In this document: positions 1 through 10,280 of the stretch, in pieces
Layout: every line of letters begins with the position of its first letter
How positions within the stretch are numbered: position 1 is the stretch's first letter
NCBI GenBank assembly: GCA_965223325.1
Contig: CBDCWI010000002.1
Span: 4,032,001 to 4,096,000 of the forward strand
Source of the DNA: Candidatus Multivoradales bacterium
GTDB taxonomy: Bacteria > Acidobacteriota > Thermoanaerobaculia > Multivoradales > Multivoraceae
Reading direction: 5' to 3'
DNA length: 64,000 bases
Program-made: the position numbers and the translations under genes
Notes under the pieces: generated by a model
Database searches by the model: none
The model's input: the letters and a program-made list of their open reading frames with translations, nothing else
What the model was told of the DNA's origin: nothing

Positions 1-2
1 CG

Positions 3-1949
3 ATGGTGATCGCTCCCGAAACTCTGACGGTGCAGTGGCTGGGCGAACTGTGGCGCAAGTACCACCAGGTCTTTGTGCTCCTCGACGACAAACGGTTGCT
101 TGACGTCGAGAAGGAGTTCGGGGCCGACTTCAATCCCTTTGACACCTACGATGCGGTGGTCTTGAGCCACGAGCGCCTCGCCGAGAATCCGCGTCTCGCC
201 GAGCAGGCGGTCGAAGCGGGAGTCGATCTGGTGATCGTCGACGAGGCCCATCACATTCGGCGCCCAGAGGGTCATCCGGGCAATCCGCTCTATCGCGCGG
301 TCGAACCGCTGGCGGCGATGGGGCGCCATCTGCTTCTCTTGACGGCGACGCCGCTCGAAGACGACGCCTTTGGCTTCCTTCGACTCCTGCAACTTCTTCG
401 TCCAGATGACTTGCCGGAAGACGAAGACTTCGAAGAGCACCTCGAGAAGGGCTACGAGCTGCCGCCGTGCACCAGCGCCACCCGGCGGAGCGACATCGGT
501 GGTCTGCCGCCGCGGGTCGGTGTGCCGGTTGAAGTCGCTTCGGAAGCGACGCTCGCGACCCTGGAAATGCTGGCAAGCCTCCCCCACGACGGCCCCCTCG
601 AGCGTCGTCGCAAAGTTGATCTCATCTGTCGGGCGCTGGCGTCGGCGGCGGCTCTCGAGGCGGCGCTCGATAAGAAGAAGGACGCCGGGCTGCTCGAGCA
701 CCTGCAAACTGCTGCGGCATCCGACCCTCGCCTCGAATGGTTGGCTGGCCAGGTCAAGGATTGGCACGCGGCAGGTGAGAAGACGCTGGTGTTCGTTGCC
801 CACAAAGAGACGCTCGACTGGCTCAAACGGGCGCTCGAGGCCCGCGGGCTACCGCGTGTCGGTGTGTTTCACGAAGGGCTCTCGGCCAAGCAGCGTGACA
901 TCGGCGCGGCGCAGTTCAGGCTTCCTGATGGTCCGTCGATTCTGGTTTCGACCGAAAGTGGTGGCGAGGGCCGCAACTTCGAGTTCTGTGCGCGCCTGGT
1001 GCTGTTCGACCTGCCCTGGAACCCCATGGTGGTTGAGCAGCGCATCGGGCGGCTCGATCGAATCGGTCGTGTGCTGCCTGTCGAGGTGGTGTACTTCGAG
1101 CCGCCGTCTGGAGTCGGTCAGCTGACAGCGAATCTCTATCGGCGCCTCGGATTGTTCGAGAAACCACTCGGCGCCTTCGAGCGTGAACTCGGCAACGTCG
1201 AGGGCATGCTCGAAGACCTCGCCCTGGGGGTCGGCGGTCCGTCGGGCGATCCCTTTGCCGAGCTTCTCGGTGACGCACGCGAAGCCTACGGCCGTGTCGA
1301 AGAAGCGGCCTACCGCGAGCTTCATCGAGATCCGTATCGCGCTGACTATGCCCTCCCGATTCTGGCGCGGGTTCCCGAGGAGTTGCAGTCTCTGATGCGC
1401 ACGGTGATCGTCGGTGCGTGTGAAGAACTGGGCCTTCAAGTTGAGTCCCACCAGGGTGGCAAGCGCTACTCGATCGAGTTCGATGCGCGGGCCCGGATCG
1501 ACAGTCTGCCCGAGGTGGGGACCGAAGCGAGCTACCTGGGTTCCTTCGATCGGCTCGAGGCGGTCGAGGACGAGTCGATCGACTTCTTCGCCTCGGGGCA
1601 TCCCCTCGTTGAGGGCATTCTCAGCTTCCTCGACGACACCAAACAGGGGCGCACGTCGCTGTTTCACATCCCCGGCACAAGCGAAGACCACAAGGGCTTC
1701 GGACTGCTGGCGGTCTACAAAAACGAAAGCCAGATGGAGCTCGCGGCTATCGACAGCAGGGGGCAGATGCGGCCCGACTGGCTGGAGCTCGTCGAGGAAG
1801 TGCCGTTCCCCGGCAAGGTGGTGCCGAAGCCGAAGCTGTGGCTGGAGCAGAAAGCCTGGCCGTCGTTGGTGAGGCGCCTGGGGACCGCTCTCGATCAAGC
1901 CGGTCTACCGGGGCGGCTGGTGGCCGTTGCCGGGATGCGGGTGACCTGA
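3..1949 (+). CDS. SNF2/RapA(HepA)-like helicase, 5'-truncated by window edge
   Basis: Motifs VIVDEAHH, LLLTATP, STESGGEGRNFE, LPWNPMVVEQRIGRLDRIG; C-terminal FFASGHPLVEG resembles RapA-C. Confidence 0.85.
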   Translation: MVIAPETLTVQWLGELWRKYHQVFVLLDDKRLLDVEKEFGADFNPFDTYDAVVLSHERLAENPRLAEQAVEAGVDLVIVDEAHHIRRPEGHPGNPLYRAVEPLAAMGRHLLLLTATPLEDDAFGFLRLLQLLRPDDLPEDEDFEEHLEKGYELPPCTSATRRSDIGGLPPRVGVPVEVASEATLATLEMLASLPHDGPLERRRKVDLICRALASAAALEAALDKKKDAGLLEHLQTAAASDPRLEWLAGQVKDWHAAGEKTLVFVAHKETLDWLKRALEARGLPRVGVFHEGLSAKQRDIGAAQFRLPDGPSILVSTESGGEGRNFEFCARLVLFDLPWNPMVVEQRIGRLDRIGRVLPVEVVYFEPPSGVGQLTANLYRRLGLFEKPLGAFERELGNVEGMLEDLALGVGGPSGDPFAELLGDAREAYGRVEEAAYRELHRDPYRADYALPILARVPEELQSLMRTVIVGACEELGLQVESHQGGKRYSIEFDARARIDSLPEVGTEASYLGSFDRLEAVEDESIDFFASGHPLVEGILSFLDDTKQGRTSLFHIPGTSEDHKGFGLLAVYKNESQMELAAIDSRGQMRPDWLELVEEVPFPGKVVPKPKLWLEQKAWPSLVRRLGTALDQAGLPGRLVAVAGMRVT

Positions 1950-1967
1950 GTCGGGGGTTCCTGGGGA

Positions 1968-3905
1968 CTAGGCGCCGACGGTCTCGGGCAGCTCAAGGAG
2001 CTCGGACTCGAGCTTTTCCCACTCCTCCATGCGCTCGGCGATCTGTTCGCCGAGGCGCTTCTGCTCCTGCTCGAGCTTGGTCACCTTCTTGCGATCGGTC
2101 TTGTCGAAGAAGGTCGGGTCGCAGAACTGCTCGTTGATCTCGGAGACCCTGGCCTCTGCCTGCTGGATCTCACGGGTCACCACGTCGAGCCGCTTCTGGA
2201 GCTTCTTGCGCTCCTTCTTCCTGGCGTTCTCTTCGCTCTGTGAGCGCGGTTCCTTCTGCCGAGCACGCTCGCGCTTCTTCTCGCGCGCCTTCTTGAGAGC
2301 GACTTCGGCGTCGAGGTGATCGTCGCCGAGCTTCTCGAGGTACTCCGCCCAGGTGCCCTGAAAGTCGGTCATTCCCTCGGGAGTGATCTCGACGATGCGG
2401 TTGGCGAGCTCGCCAACGAACCAGCGGTCATGCGAAACAAAGATCAGGGTCCCCTCGAATTTTTTGAGCGCTTCGACAAGGGCTTCGATGGCTTCGAGAT
2501 CGAGATGGTTGGTGGGCTCATCGAGCACCAGCACATTCGGCTGGCCAACGGCATGTCGGGCGAGGATCAGCCGTGCCGCTTCGCCGCCCGAGAGTGAACC
2601 GAGCCGTTTCTCGACGTCGTCGCCCGAGAAAAGCACCGCTCCGAGGTTGCCGCGCACGAAGCCGATCGGTTCGCCCGGGCAGAACTCCCACAACCAAGCT
2701 TCAACGGTCTGACGTTCGCTGCCGAGCTGCTCGTGGTGATCTTGAGCGAACCAGCCAGGGTGAGTCTCGTAGCCCCACTCAACTTCGCCGGCGTCCGCTT
2801 CGATGTGACCCATGGCGATCTTGAGGAGCGTCGACTTACCGATTCCGTTCGGGCCGATGATCGCGACGCGTTCCTTGCGGCCGATGCGCAGCGAGACATC
2901 TTCGAGCACCTGGTTGTCGTCGTAGGCCTTGGAAATACCCTTGAGTTCGAGCACCGTCTTGCCGCTGGGGCGACGTTGTTTGAGCTTGAAGACCGGGTAG
3001 CGACGCGAGCTTTGCGGGAGCTCTTCGATCTCGATCTTGTCGATCAGCTTCTGCTTCGACGATGCCTGGCGCGCCTTGGTGGCCTTGGCCTTGAAACGAT
3101 CGACGTAGGCCTTGTGGTGCGCGATCTCCTTCTCGCGTTTGGCGATCTCCTGCTCGCGGCGCTGGCGGTCGTAGGTCTTGGCGGCCATGAACTGCTGGTA
3201 GTTGCCCTTGTAGAGCGTCGCCGTTTCGTAGTCGAGATCGACGATGTAGGTCGCGACGTTGTCGAGGAAGCGGTGGTCGTGCGACACCACCAGGGTGGTA
3301 CCGGGGAACTCGATCAGGAACTTCTCGAGCCAGCGGATGGAGACGATGTCGAGATGGTTGGTGGGCTCATCCAGTAGCAAGATGTCGGGCTGCGCTGCGA
3401 GCACCTGAGCCAGGAGAACGCGCAACTTGAAACCGCCCGAGAGCACTGAAAGTGGTTCTTCGTGCTGCTCGGTGGCGATGCCGAGCCCCTCCAGGATTTC
3501 TCCGGCACGAGCCTCCATGGTGTAGCCGTCGTGGCGCAGGATGATGTCTTCGACAACCGCGTAACGCTCGGAGTCGAAATCCGTCTCAGCCCTGGCGAGG
3601 ATCTCTTCCTTTTCGACCATCGCCTGCCAGAGCTCGGCGTTGCCCATCATCACGACGTCGAGGATGCGTTCGTTTTCGTACTGGAAGTGGTCCTGCCGCA
3701 GAACGCCGACCGTGGCCTTCCTGGGCATCGCGATCTCGCCGCCGGAGGGGACCTCATCTCCCGCCATGATCCTGAGAAGAGTAGACTTACCCGATCCGTT
3801 GGCACCTACGATGCCGTAGCGTTCACCGGGATTGAACTGGATGGAGACCCCCTCGAAAAGGGTCTGATCTCCGTAGTTCTTGTCGAGTGCTGAGACGGCA
3901 ATCAT
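1968..3905 (-). CDS. ABC-F family ATPase (YbiT/Uup-like)
   Basis: Two NBDs (GANGSGKST, LSGG, LLLDEPTNHLD; GPNGIGKST, LSGGE, VLDEPTNHLD), no TM segments, C-terminal coiled coil. Confidence 0.92.
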   Translation of the reverse strand: MIAVSALDKNYGDQTLFEGVSIQFNPGERYGIVGANGSGKSTLLRIMAGDEVPSGGEIAMPRKATVGVLRQDHFQYENERILDVVMMGNAELWQAMVEKEEILARAETDFDSERYAVVEDIILRHDGYTMEARAGEILEGLGIATEQHEEPLSVLSGGFKLRVLLAQVLAAQPDILLLDEPTNHLDIVSIRWLEKFLIEFPGTTLVVSHDHRFLDNVATYIVDLDYETATLYKGNYQQFMAAKTYDRQRREQEIAKREKEIAHHKAYVDRFKAKATKARQASSKQKLIDKIEIEELPQSSRRYPVFKLKQRRPSGKTVLELKGISKAYDDNQVLEDVSLRIGRKERVAIIGPNGIGKSTLLKIAMGHIEADAGEVEWGYETHPGWFAQDHHEQLGSERQTVEAWLWEFCPGEPIGFVRGNLGAVLFSGDDVEKRLGSLSGGEAARLILARHAVGQPNVLVLDEPTNHLDLEAIEALVEALKKFEGTLIFVSHDRWFVGELANRIVEITPEGMTDFQGTWAEYLEKLGDDHLDAEVALKKAREKKRERARQKEPRSQSEENARKKERKKLQKRLDVVTREIQQAEARVSEINEQFCDPTFFDKTDRKKVTKLEQEQKRLGEQIAERMEEWEKLESELLELPETVGA

Positions 3906-3980
3906 GGGTCGCGGAGAATATCAGCGCCCCAGCCGACTTCGCATGCCGCCCGGGCCTTTCCGGGCACCAGAGACTCCTCC

Positions 3981-6473
3981 ATGCCGCTCATCATCCGCGT
4001 CTTCAAGGGCGGCTTGCCCGACCAGTACGACAGCGCTGCCGGCGACGGTGGTGCGCGCGGTCGTAGGGCGGGGGAAGAGACCCCGACGGGTTGGCGCGGC
4101 TTTCTGTGGCGGCATAAGAAGGCCATTGCTGCCGCTGGTGCAGCGTTTCTCGTGGCGATGGTCTGGTTGCTGTTGCCATTCTGGCGGGTGACCGCGCAGT
4201 TCGGCTCCAACCCAGCGGTGCAACCATCTCGTCTCTGGGAGCGTCCCGCGACTCTCGCGGAAGGCGCCCCGTTCTCGAGCGCTCGACTCAGTCGCTATCT
4301 CGACGACCGCGGTTATCAGCTGATCGAGCACCAGGAGCCGTTGCTTCCCGGTGAGTACCGGCGCCGGGAGGACGGGCGCACGACGCACTTCGCCCTCCGC
4401 CAGCGCCGCTTCCCAACGGTCGATGGATTTGCCGGTGGCAAGTACCTCGACGTTGCCATCCGCGGTAGCCGCGTACGTGAACTCGAGCGCAACGGGGAAG
4501 CTGCCGACGAGGTGCTCCTCGAACCGGCGCTCCTGGCGTCGTACTACGGCGAGACGCGGAGCGAACGCAGGCCGATCGTGCTCGACGATCTGCCGCAACA
4601 CGTCATCGATGCAGTCATTGCCGGCGAAGACAGTCGCTTCTGGAAGCACTCGGGCATTTCGCCGATCGGCATTTTGCGCGCCCTGATCGTCGACTTGCGT
4701 GAACAGAACATGCGCCAGGGCGGATCGACGTTGACCCAGCAGCTGGTCAAGAACATCTACCTGAACCACGAACGCACCGCCAGCCGCAAGGCGCGCGAGG
4801 CGATCCTAGCGGTGATGGTCGACCTGCGCTACGAGAAGGAAGAGATCCTCGAGGCTTACCTGAACGAGATCTATCTCGGTCGCTCGGGGCGAGTGAACCT
4901 GCATGGTTTTGGTGCCGCGTCCCTGGCCTACTTCGGCAAACCCGCCGAGCAGCTGACCCTGGTCGAAGCGGCGACGATCGCCGGGGTGATTCCGTCTCCT
5001 AACGGCTGGTCACCGCTGCGCAACCCCGAGCAGGCGCAGGCAGCGCGCGACCGGGTGCTGCGGCTGATGGCCGAGGGCGACATGATCGACCAGGCGGCTC
5101 TCGAGCACGCACTGTCGGTGCCGCTTCGGACGGCACCGCAGCCGCTCGGTGTCTTGCGCGCCCGTTATGCCGCCGATGCGGCGGCAGTCGAACTCGAACA
5201 GCGCTTCCAGCTCGCTGAGGTCGCCGACCGTGGTCTCCAGATTCTCAGCACCTTGTCGCTCGAGGATCAGCTTGCCGCTGAAGAAGCGGTGATCTGGGGC
5301 GTTTCGTCGCTCGAGGAGGGCTGGGAGAAGGGGCATGAAAGTGGTCATCGTCTTCAGGCCGCGCTCTTGTCTATCGACCCGCGTGATGGCTCGGTGCTCG
5401 CCTACGTCGGTGGCCGCAACTACGTCGAGAGTCAGTTCGACCGCGTCCGTTCGGCGCGCCGGCAAGCGGGCAGCGCCTTCAAGCCGTTGGTGTACGCAGC
5501 CGCCTTCGCCGAAGGGGTGGTGTCGCCGTCTTCGGTACTCGACGACTCCGAGCTCGAGGTCGTGCAGGCGGGGCGCGTGTGGCGCCCGCAGAACTTCGAC
5601 CGTGAGTTTCGCGGCAAGGTGACCGTGCGTCAGGCGGTGGAGAAGAGCTACAACGTGCCAACCGTCGATGTGGCGCTCAACACCGATCTGCGAAAGGTCG
5701 TCGCCTGGGCACGCGAGCTCGGCATCGAGAGTCCGCTCGAGCCGCTTCCGTCGATTGCACTCGGGGCGTTCGAGGTCACGCCCCGCGAGCTCCTGGCGGC
5801 CTATGCGACCTTTGCCAACTCCGGCATGCGGCCGTCGATCCACCTGGTCGAAGGCGTATTGAGTCACGATGGTCAGCCGCTCGAAGGTTCGGCGGTGGCG
5901 GCGCCGCGTCCGGCTCTTGACCCCGGAGTGTCTTACCTGGTGACCTCGGTTCTAGAAGGCGTGATGGATCGTGGTACTGGTGCCGGGGCACGTCGCGCCG
6001 GGCTCACCGATCCCGTCGCGGGCAAAACCGGCACCTCGAACGACGCGCGCGACAGTTGGTTCTTGGGCTACTCGAAGGAACGCGCCAGCGTCGTCTGGGT
6101 GGGCTACGACGAGGGCGACAAGACCAAGCTCGGAGGTTCGCGCGCGGCGCTGCCGATCTGGACGCGCTATACGGCTGCCCGGCGTCCGCCCGGCGGCTAC
6201 GCGCCGGTCGACCCTCCCGATGGCGTCGTTAGCGCGCGCGTCGATCCCACGACGGGTGAACTCGCCACGCCGAGATGTTTCCTGGCGGTCACCGATGTCT
6301 TTCTCGAGGATCGCGTGCCAGAGCGCTACTGCCGCGAGCACGGTGGCGAACGCTACGAGTGGCGCGAGCGCCGTCGCCCGTGGTGGAAGCGCATGTTCCG
6401 CGACGGCGACGGCCGGAGCTCGCGGGGCGATCGCCACTCGAGCACTCGCGGACGAAACGACAATGGCCGCTAG
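3981..6473 (+). CDS. mrcB: Class A penicillin-binding protein (PBP1B-like)
   Basis: N-terminal TM; transglycosylase EDSRF, GGSTLTQQLVKN, RKAREA, YLNEIYLG; transpeptidase SAFK, SYN, KTGT. Confidence 0.9.
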   Translation: MPLIIRVFKGGLPDQYDSAAGDGGARGRRAGEETPTGWRGFLWRHKKAIAAAGAAFLVAMVWLLLPFWRVTAQFGSNPAVQPSRLWERPATLAEGAPFSSARLSRYLDDRGYQLIEHQEPLLPGEYRRREDGRTTHFALRQRRFPTVDGFAGGKYLDVAIRGSRVRELERNGEAADEVLLEPALLASYYGETRSERRPIVLDDLPQHVIDAVIAGEDSRFWKHSGISPIGILRALIVDLREQNMRQGGSTLTQQLVKNIYLNHERTASRKAREAILAVMVDLRYEKEEILEAYLNEIYLGRSGRVNLHGFGAASLAYFGKPAEQLTLVEAATIAGVIPSPNGWSPLRNPEQAQAARDRVLRLMAEGDMIDQAALEHALSVPLRTAPQPLGVLRARYAADAAAVELEQRFQLAEVADRGLQILSTLSLEDQLAAEEAVIWGVSSLEEGWEKGHESGHRLQAALLSIDPRDGSVLAYVGGRNYVESQFDRVRSARRQAGSAFKPLVYAAAFAEGVVSPSSVLDDSELEVVQAGRVWRPQNFDREFRGKVTVRQAVEKSYNVPTVDVALNTDLRKVVAWARELGIESPLEPLPSIALGAFEVTPRELLAAYATFANSGMRPSIHLVEGVLSHDGQPLEGSAVAAPRPALDPGVSYLVTSVLEGVMDRGTGAGARRAGLTDPVAGKTGTSNDARDSWFLGYSKERASVVWVGYDEGDKTKLGGSRAALPIWTRYTAARRPPGGYAPVDPPDGVVSARVDPTTGELATPRCFLAVTDVFLEDRVPERYCREHGGERYEWRERRRPWWKRMFRDGDGRSSRGDRHSSTRGRNDNGR

Positions 6474-7245
6474 CTCGCGGCCCCGGACCGTGGTCGGGTT
6501 CGAGGCAATCGAACTCGCGGTTCCCGATGTCGAAACCGCGGCATCGTCGATGGAGACGATCCTGGGAGTGGCATCGGAAGTAGCGCCGGGAGGATCGACC
6601 CGAGCGCGATCGTTCGCGCTTCAGAACGTGCGGCTCGACCTTCGGGAAGTCGATTCGCCAGGTGACGGCGAAGGTCGTATCGACCGGTTCACTCTGAGGA
6701 CCGAGAGCGGGAGACTGGAGATCGGTCGGCGCTCTCTCGACGCACGGGGCCTTTCTGAGGTCGACGTGCTTCCCGCTCTGCCTCCTGCGAAAGAGGCGAC
6801 GGCACATCCTGAGGAGCCGATAGACCCTGCGGCCGTGCATGCGCTCGATCATCTGGTGATTCGCTCACAGGACGTCGATGCAACCCGCGCCTTCTACGGC
6901 TCCGTGCTCGGCCTGCGGGTGCTCTTCGATCGCGAGTTTCCCGACTTCGGGGCGCGGCTGTGCATGTGTCGCGTCGGCGATGCGGTGCTCGAGATCGCCG
7001 GCAGTTTGGGGGAGTCCGTCATCGCGGGGAAGAAGAAGGACTCCGAGAGCGCGGGGCCGCGTGACCAGCTGTGGGGGATCACCTGGCGCGTCGGTGATGC
7101 CGACGCGGCCTGGGAGCGCCTCACGGCGCTGGGTGTTTCGCTCTCGAGCGTACGCAAAGGGCGTCGCCCGGGAACTCGCGTCTTCACGGTGCGCGACCAG
7201 ACCTGCGGAGTGCCGACCCTCGTCATCGAGCCGCCCGGGAGCTGA
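6463..7245 (+). CDS. VOC/glyoxalase family protein, two VOC-like modules
   Basis: LDHLVIRSQDVDATRAFYGSVLGL motif; ATG at 6463 overlaps PBP stop, in frame with ORF 5971..7245. Confidence 0.75.
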   Translation: MAASSRPRTVVGFEAIELAVPDVETAASSMETILGVASEVAPGGSTRARSFALQNVRLDLREVDSPGDGEGRIDRFTLRTESGRLEIGRRSLDARGLSEVDVLPALPPAKEATAHPEEPIDPAAVHALDHLVIRSQDVDATRAFYGSVLGLRVLFDREFPDFGARLCMCRVGDAVLEIAGSLGESVIAGKKKDSESAGPRDQLWGITWRVGDADAAWERLTALGVSLSSVRKGRRPGTRVFTVRDQTCGVPTLVIEPPGS

Positions 7246-7312
7246 AGAGTCGACATCGGCAGCCGTCTGGACGTTCGCAGTACCATCGCGATCCCCTCCA
7301 CGCCCCTGCTCG

Positions 7313-10177
7313 ATGAAGTCTTCCTCCTCCAAGGCGCCGCGACGCGCGAAGCCCAGAAAGCCTGCCACCTCGGCCGAGCCCGCGGTGCGGGTGACGGCCG
7401 CTTCGACCCACAATCTCAAAGCGGTGACCTGTCGCATGCCGCACGGCAAGCTGACGGTGGTGACCGGGCCGTCGGGGGCCGGTAAGTCGTCGCTGGCCTT
7501 CGACACCGTCTACGCCGAGGCCCAACGGCGCTTCGTCGAGTCGATGTCGACCTACGCGCGCCAGTTCCTCGAGAAGATGGAGCGCCCTCCGGTTGAGGCG
7601 ATCGAAGGGGTTCTGCCGACCGTCGCGCTCGAGGCCAAGAACTCGGTCAAGAACGCGCGATCGACGGTGGGCACGATTACCGAAGTGCAGGACGTGCTAC
7701 GCCTTCTCTACGCCAACGTCGGTGTGACGTCATGCCCCGAAGGTCATGGACCAGCGCTGGATTTCACAACCGAGAGCCTCACCGAAGATCTCCTGGCGGG
7801 CGAAGTCACAAGCCGCTACATGCTGGTGACGAGGGTGGCGCGCCCCGATCGAGGTGCCGACGGTGCACTCGTCGAACTGGTCCGCCAGGGCTACGGTCGT
7901 GTTCTGGTCGAAGGTGCGCGGGGTGCCACGGTCGAGCGCATCGAAGAAGAGGGAGTGACCTGGCCGAAGAAACATGACCCGCTGCCGCTCGTCCTCGGTC
8001 GCTTCGGGACCGACCCCGACTCACGTGCCCGCCTGCAACAGGCGATCGATGACGCGTGGGGCCTCGGTGGGGGAGAGCTCGAAGTGCATCCGGTGGCGCG
8101 AGGCGACGAAGACCCAGGAAGTGTTCGGGTGTTTCGCCGTGGGTTGTCGTGCCCGGTATGCGCGCGCTCGTTCAGGCGTCCGGTGGCGGCGTTGTTTTCG
8201 TTCAACTCCCCGCTCGGTGCGTGCGACGAATGCCAGGGTTTCGGGCGGGTGATGGGAATCGATCACGGCCGGGTGATCCCGGACGTGTCCAGGTCGCTCG
8301 CCGAACGCCCGATTGCCCCCTGGAACTCGCCCGCCTACGAGGAGCTCTACGACGGACTGCTTGTGGCTGCTGAAAAGGCCAGGATTCCGACCGGGCTGCC
8401 GGTCAGCGAGTTCAACGAAGAACAGGTGGCTTGGCTATGGTACGGCGATGGCTTCACCAACCTCGGCCGCTTCTTCGCCTGGCTCGAGCGCCGCATCTAC
8501 AAGATGCATGTACGCATTCTGCTTTCGCGCTACCGCGCCTACACGCCCTGCCCGACCTGCGAAGGTTCACGCCTGGTTCCCGAGGCGAGCTGGGTAACAC
8601 TAAAGGGAGAACGGATCGATCAGCTCCAGGCGCGACCGATCGCGGTATTGCGCGACTGGTTGGCGGCCCAGGAATGGAGCGAACGCGAGCGTCGCCTCGC
8701 CGGTCCACTTCTAGAGCAACTCGAGGAGCGGGTCGACGTTCTCTATCGTGTGGGTCTCGGCTACCTGACCCTCAATCGCCAGGCGCGCACGTTGTCGGGT
8801 GGTGAAACGCAGCGCATTCACCTCGCCGCCGCCCTCGGTTCAGGCTTGACCAGCACCATGTATGTGCTCGACGAACCAACGGTCGGCCTGCACGCTGAAG
8901 ACAGTGCGGCGCTCTTGGCACTGCTTCAGGACCTGGCGGCGCGCGGCAACACGGTGGTAGTGGTCGAGCACGATCCGGTCCTGGTGCGAGGCGCCGACTG
9001 GCTCATCGACCTCGGTCCGCGCGCCGGCGAGCACGGCGGCGAGCTGATGGCCGAGGGTGATCCGCAAGACGTTCTGCGCCACGAGTCGTCGTTGACGGCG
9101 CGCTTTCTCGGCCCGGATCGACCGCTTCTGGTTGCGGAAGATGGCCTCGGAGAAAAGCAGCTCGCTGGGTTGCCGCGGGTGGAGATCGTAGGTGCGAGGG
9201 AGAACAACCTCGATGACCTCACCGTCGCGTTTCCGCGCCAGGCCCTGGTTGCGGTCACCGGAGTCTCCGGCTCTGGCAAGTCGACCCTCATCAACCAGGT
9301 CCTGTATGCCAACGTGCAGCGCAGTCGGGGAGTCGTGCAGGTCGATCCGGGCGCTGTTTCCGAGATCCGCGGCACTGACGAACTGCGCGATGTCGTACTG
9401 GTCGACCAGCGCCCGATCGGCCGTTCGAGTCGTTCGAACCCGGTCACCTACGTCAAGGCCTACGACGAAGTGCGCAAGATCTTCGCGGCGAGGCCTGCGG
9501 CAGTCGCGGCGGGCATTACTCCTGGTCACTTCTCGTTCAACGTCGACAAGGGGCGCTGCCCAGAATGCCAGGGCACCGGAACGACGGAGGTCGACATGCA
9601 CTTCATGGCCGCGGTCGAGGTGACCTGCGATTCCTGCAACGGTCGTCGCTTCAAGCCAGAAGTGCTACGCATCCAAGCAGAGGGCCTCACGATCGACCAG
9701 GCGCTCGAGTTGACCGTCGAGCAGGCGCTGTCTGTTTTTCGTGACAAGAGGCCGCTCGTCCGACGCCTCCAGCCTCTCGTGGACGCGGGGCTCTCCTATC
9801 TGCGACTCGGTCAGTCGACGGCCACCCTCTCGGGCGGCGAAGCGCAGCGCCTCAAGCTCGCGAGCTTCCTCGGCAAAGGTCGCGGCCGGCCGCCGGAGGG
9901 GCGCACCAACGAGACGCTCTTTCTCTTTGACGAACCAACCACCGGCCTTCACCTCGCCGACATCGACCAGCTCTACCGGACGCTCCGTCAGCTCACGGGG
10001 CGTGGCGATGGCGTCGTGGTCGTCGAGCACAGCCTGGAGTTGATCGCGCGCTGCGACTGGGTCGTCGATCTCGGACCTGGTGGCGGTTCAGATGGCGGCC
10101 GAGTGCTCTTCACTGGCCCGATGAAAGGGTTTCTGCGCAGCGAAGATTCGCCTACTGCGAGGGCGCTTCGCGCTTAG
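7313..10177 (+). CDS. uvrA: Excinuclease ABC subunit A (UvrA family)
   Basis: [81 protein letters not shown]; start taken at ATG 7313 after the VOC gene. Confidence 0.92.
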   Translation: MKSSSSKAPRRAKPRKPATSAEPAVRVTAASTHNLKAVTCRMPHGKLTVVTGPSGAGKSSLAFDTVYAEAQRRFVESMSTYARQFLEKMERPPVEAIEGVLPTVALEAKNSVKNARSTVGTITEVQDVLRLLYANVGVTSCPEGHGPALDFTTESLTEDLLAGEVTSRYMLVTRVARPDRGADGALVELVRQGYGRVLVEGARGATVERIEEEGVTWPKKHDPLPLVLGRFGTDPDSRARLQQAIDDAWGLGGGELEVHPVARGDEDPGSVRVFRRGLSCPVCARSFRRPVAALFSFNSPLGACDECQGFGRVMGIDHGRVIPDVSRSLAERPIAPWNSPAYEELYDGLLVAAEKARIPTGLPVSEFNEEQVAWLWYGDGFTNLGRFFAWLERRIYKMHVRILLSRYRAYTPCPTCEGSRLVPEASWVTLKGERIDQLQARPIAVLRDWLAAQEWSERERRLAGPLLEQLEERVDVLYRVGLGYLTLNRQARTLSGGETQRIHLAAALGSGLTSTMYVLDEPTVGLHAEDSAALLALLQDLAARGNTVVVVEHDPVLVRGADWLIDLGPRAGEHGGELMAEGDPQDVLRHESSLTARFLGPDRPLLVAEDGLGEKQLAGLPRVEIVGARENNLDDLTVAFPRQALVAVTGVSGSGKSTLINQVLYANVQRSRGVVQVDPGAVSEIRGTDELRDVVLVDQRPIGRSSRSNPVTYVKAYDEVRKIFAARPAAVAAGITPGHFSFNVDKGRCPECQGTGTTEVDMHFMAAVEVTCDSCNGRRFKPEVLRIQAEGLTIDQALELTVEQALSVFRDKRPLVRRLQPLVDAGLSYLRLGQSTATLSGGEAQRLKLASFLGKGRGRPPEGRTNETLFLFDEPTTGLHLADIDQLYRTLRQLTGRGDGVVVVEHSLELIARCDWVVDLGPGGGSDGGRVLFTGPMKGFLRSEDSPTARALRA

Positions 10178-10280
10178 TACCTCGTACCATGGAAACGCAC
10201 AGCGTCTGAGCGTTCCTCGCCCTCGATCTCAGTGTTGTCACTCCTCGACAGATCACCGCGCTGGTCGTCGAGGTCGTGGC

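Noticed and set aside
6878-7312. N-terminal extension of the UvrA ORF
   Set aside because: Overlaps the VOC gene in another frame; Arg/Ser-rich shadow sequence.
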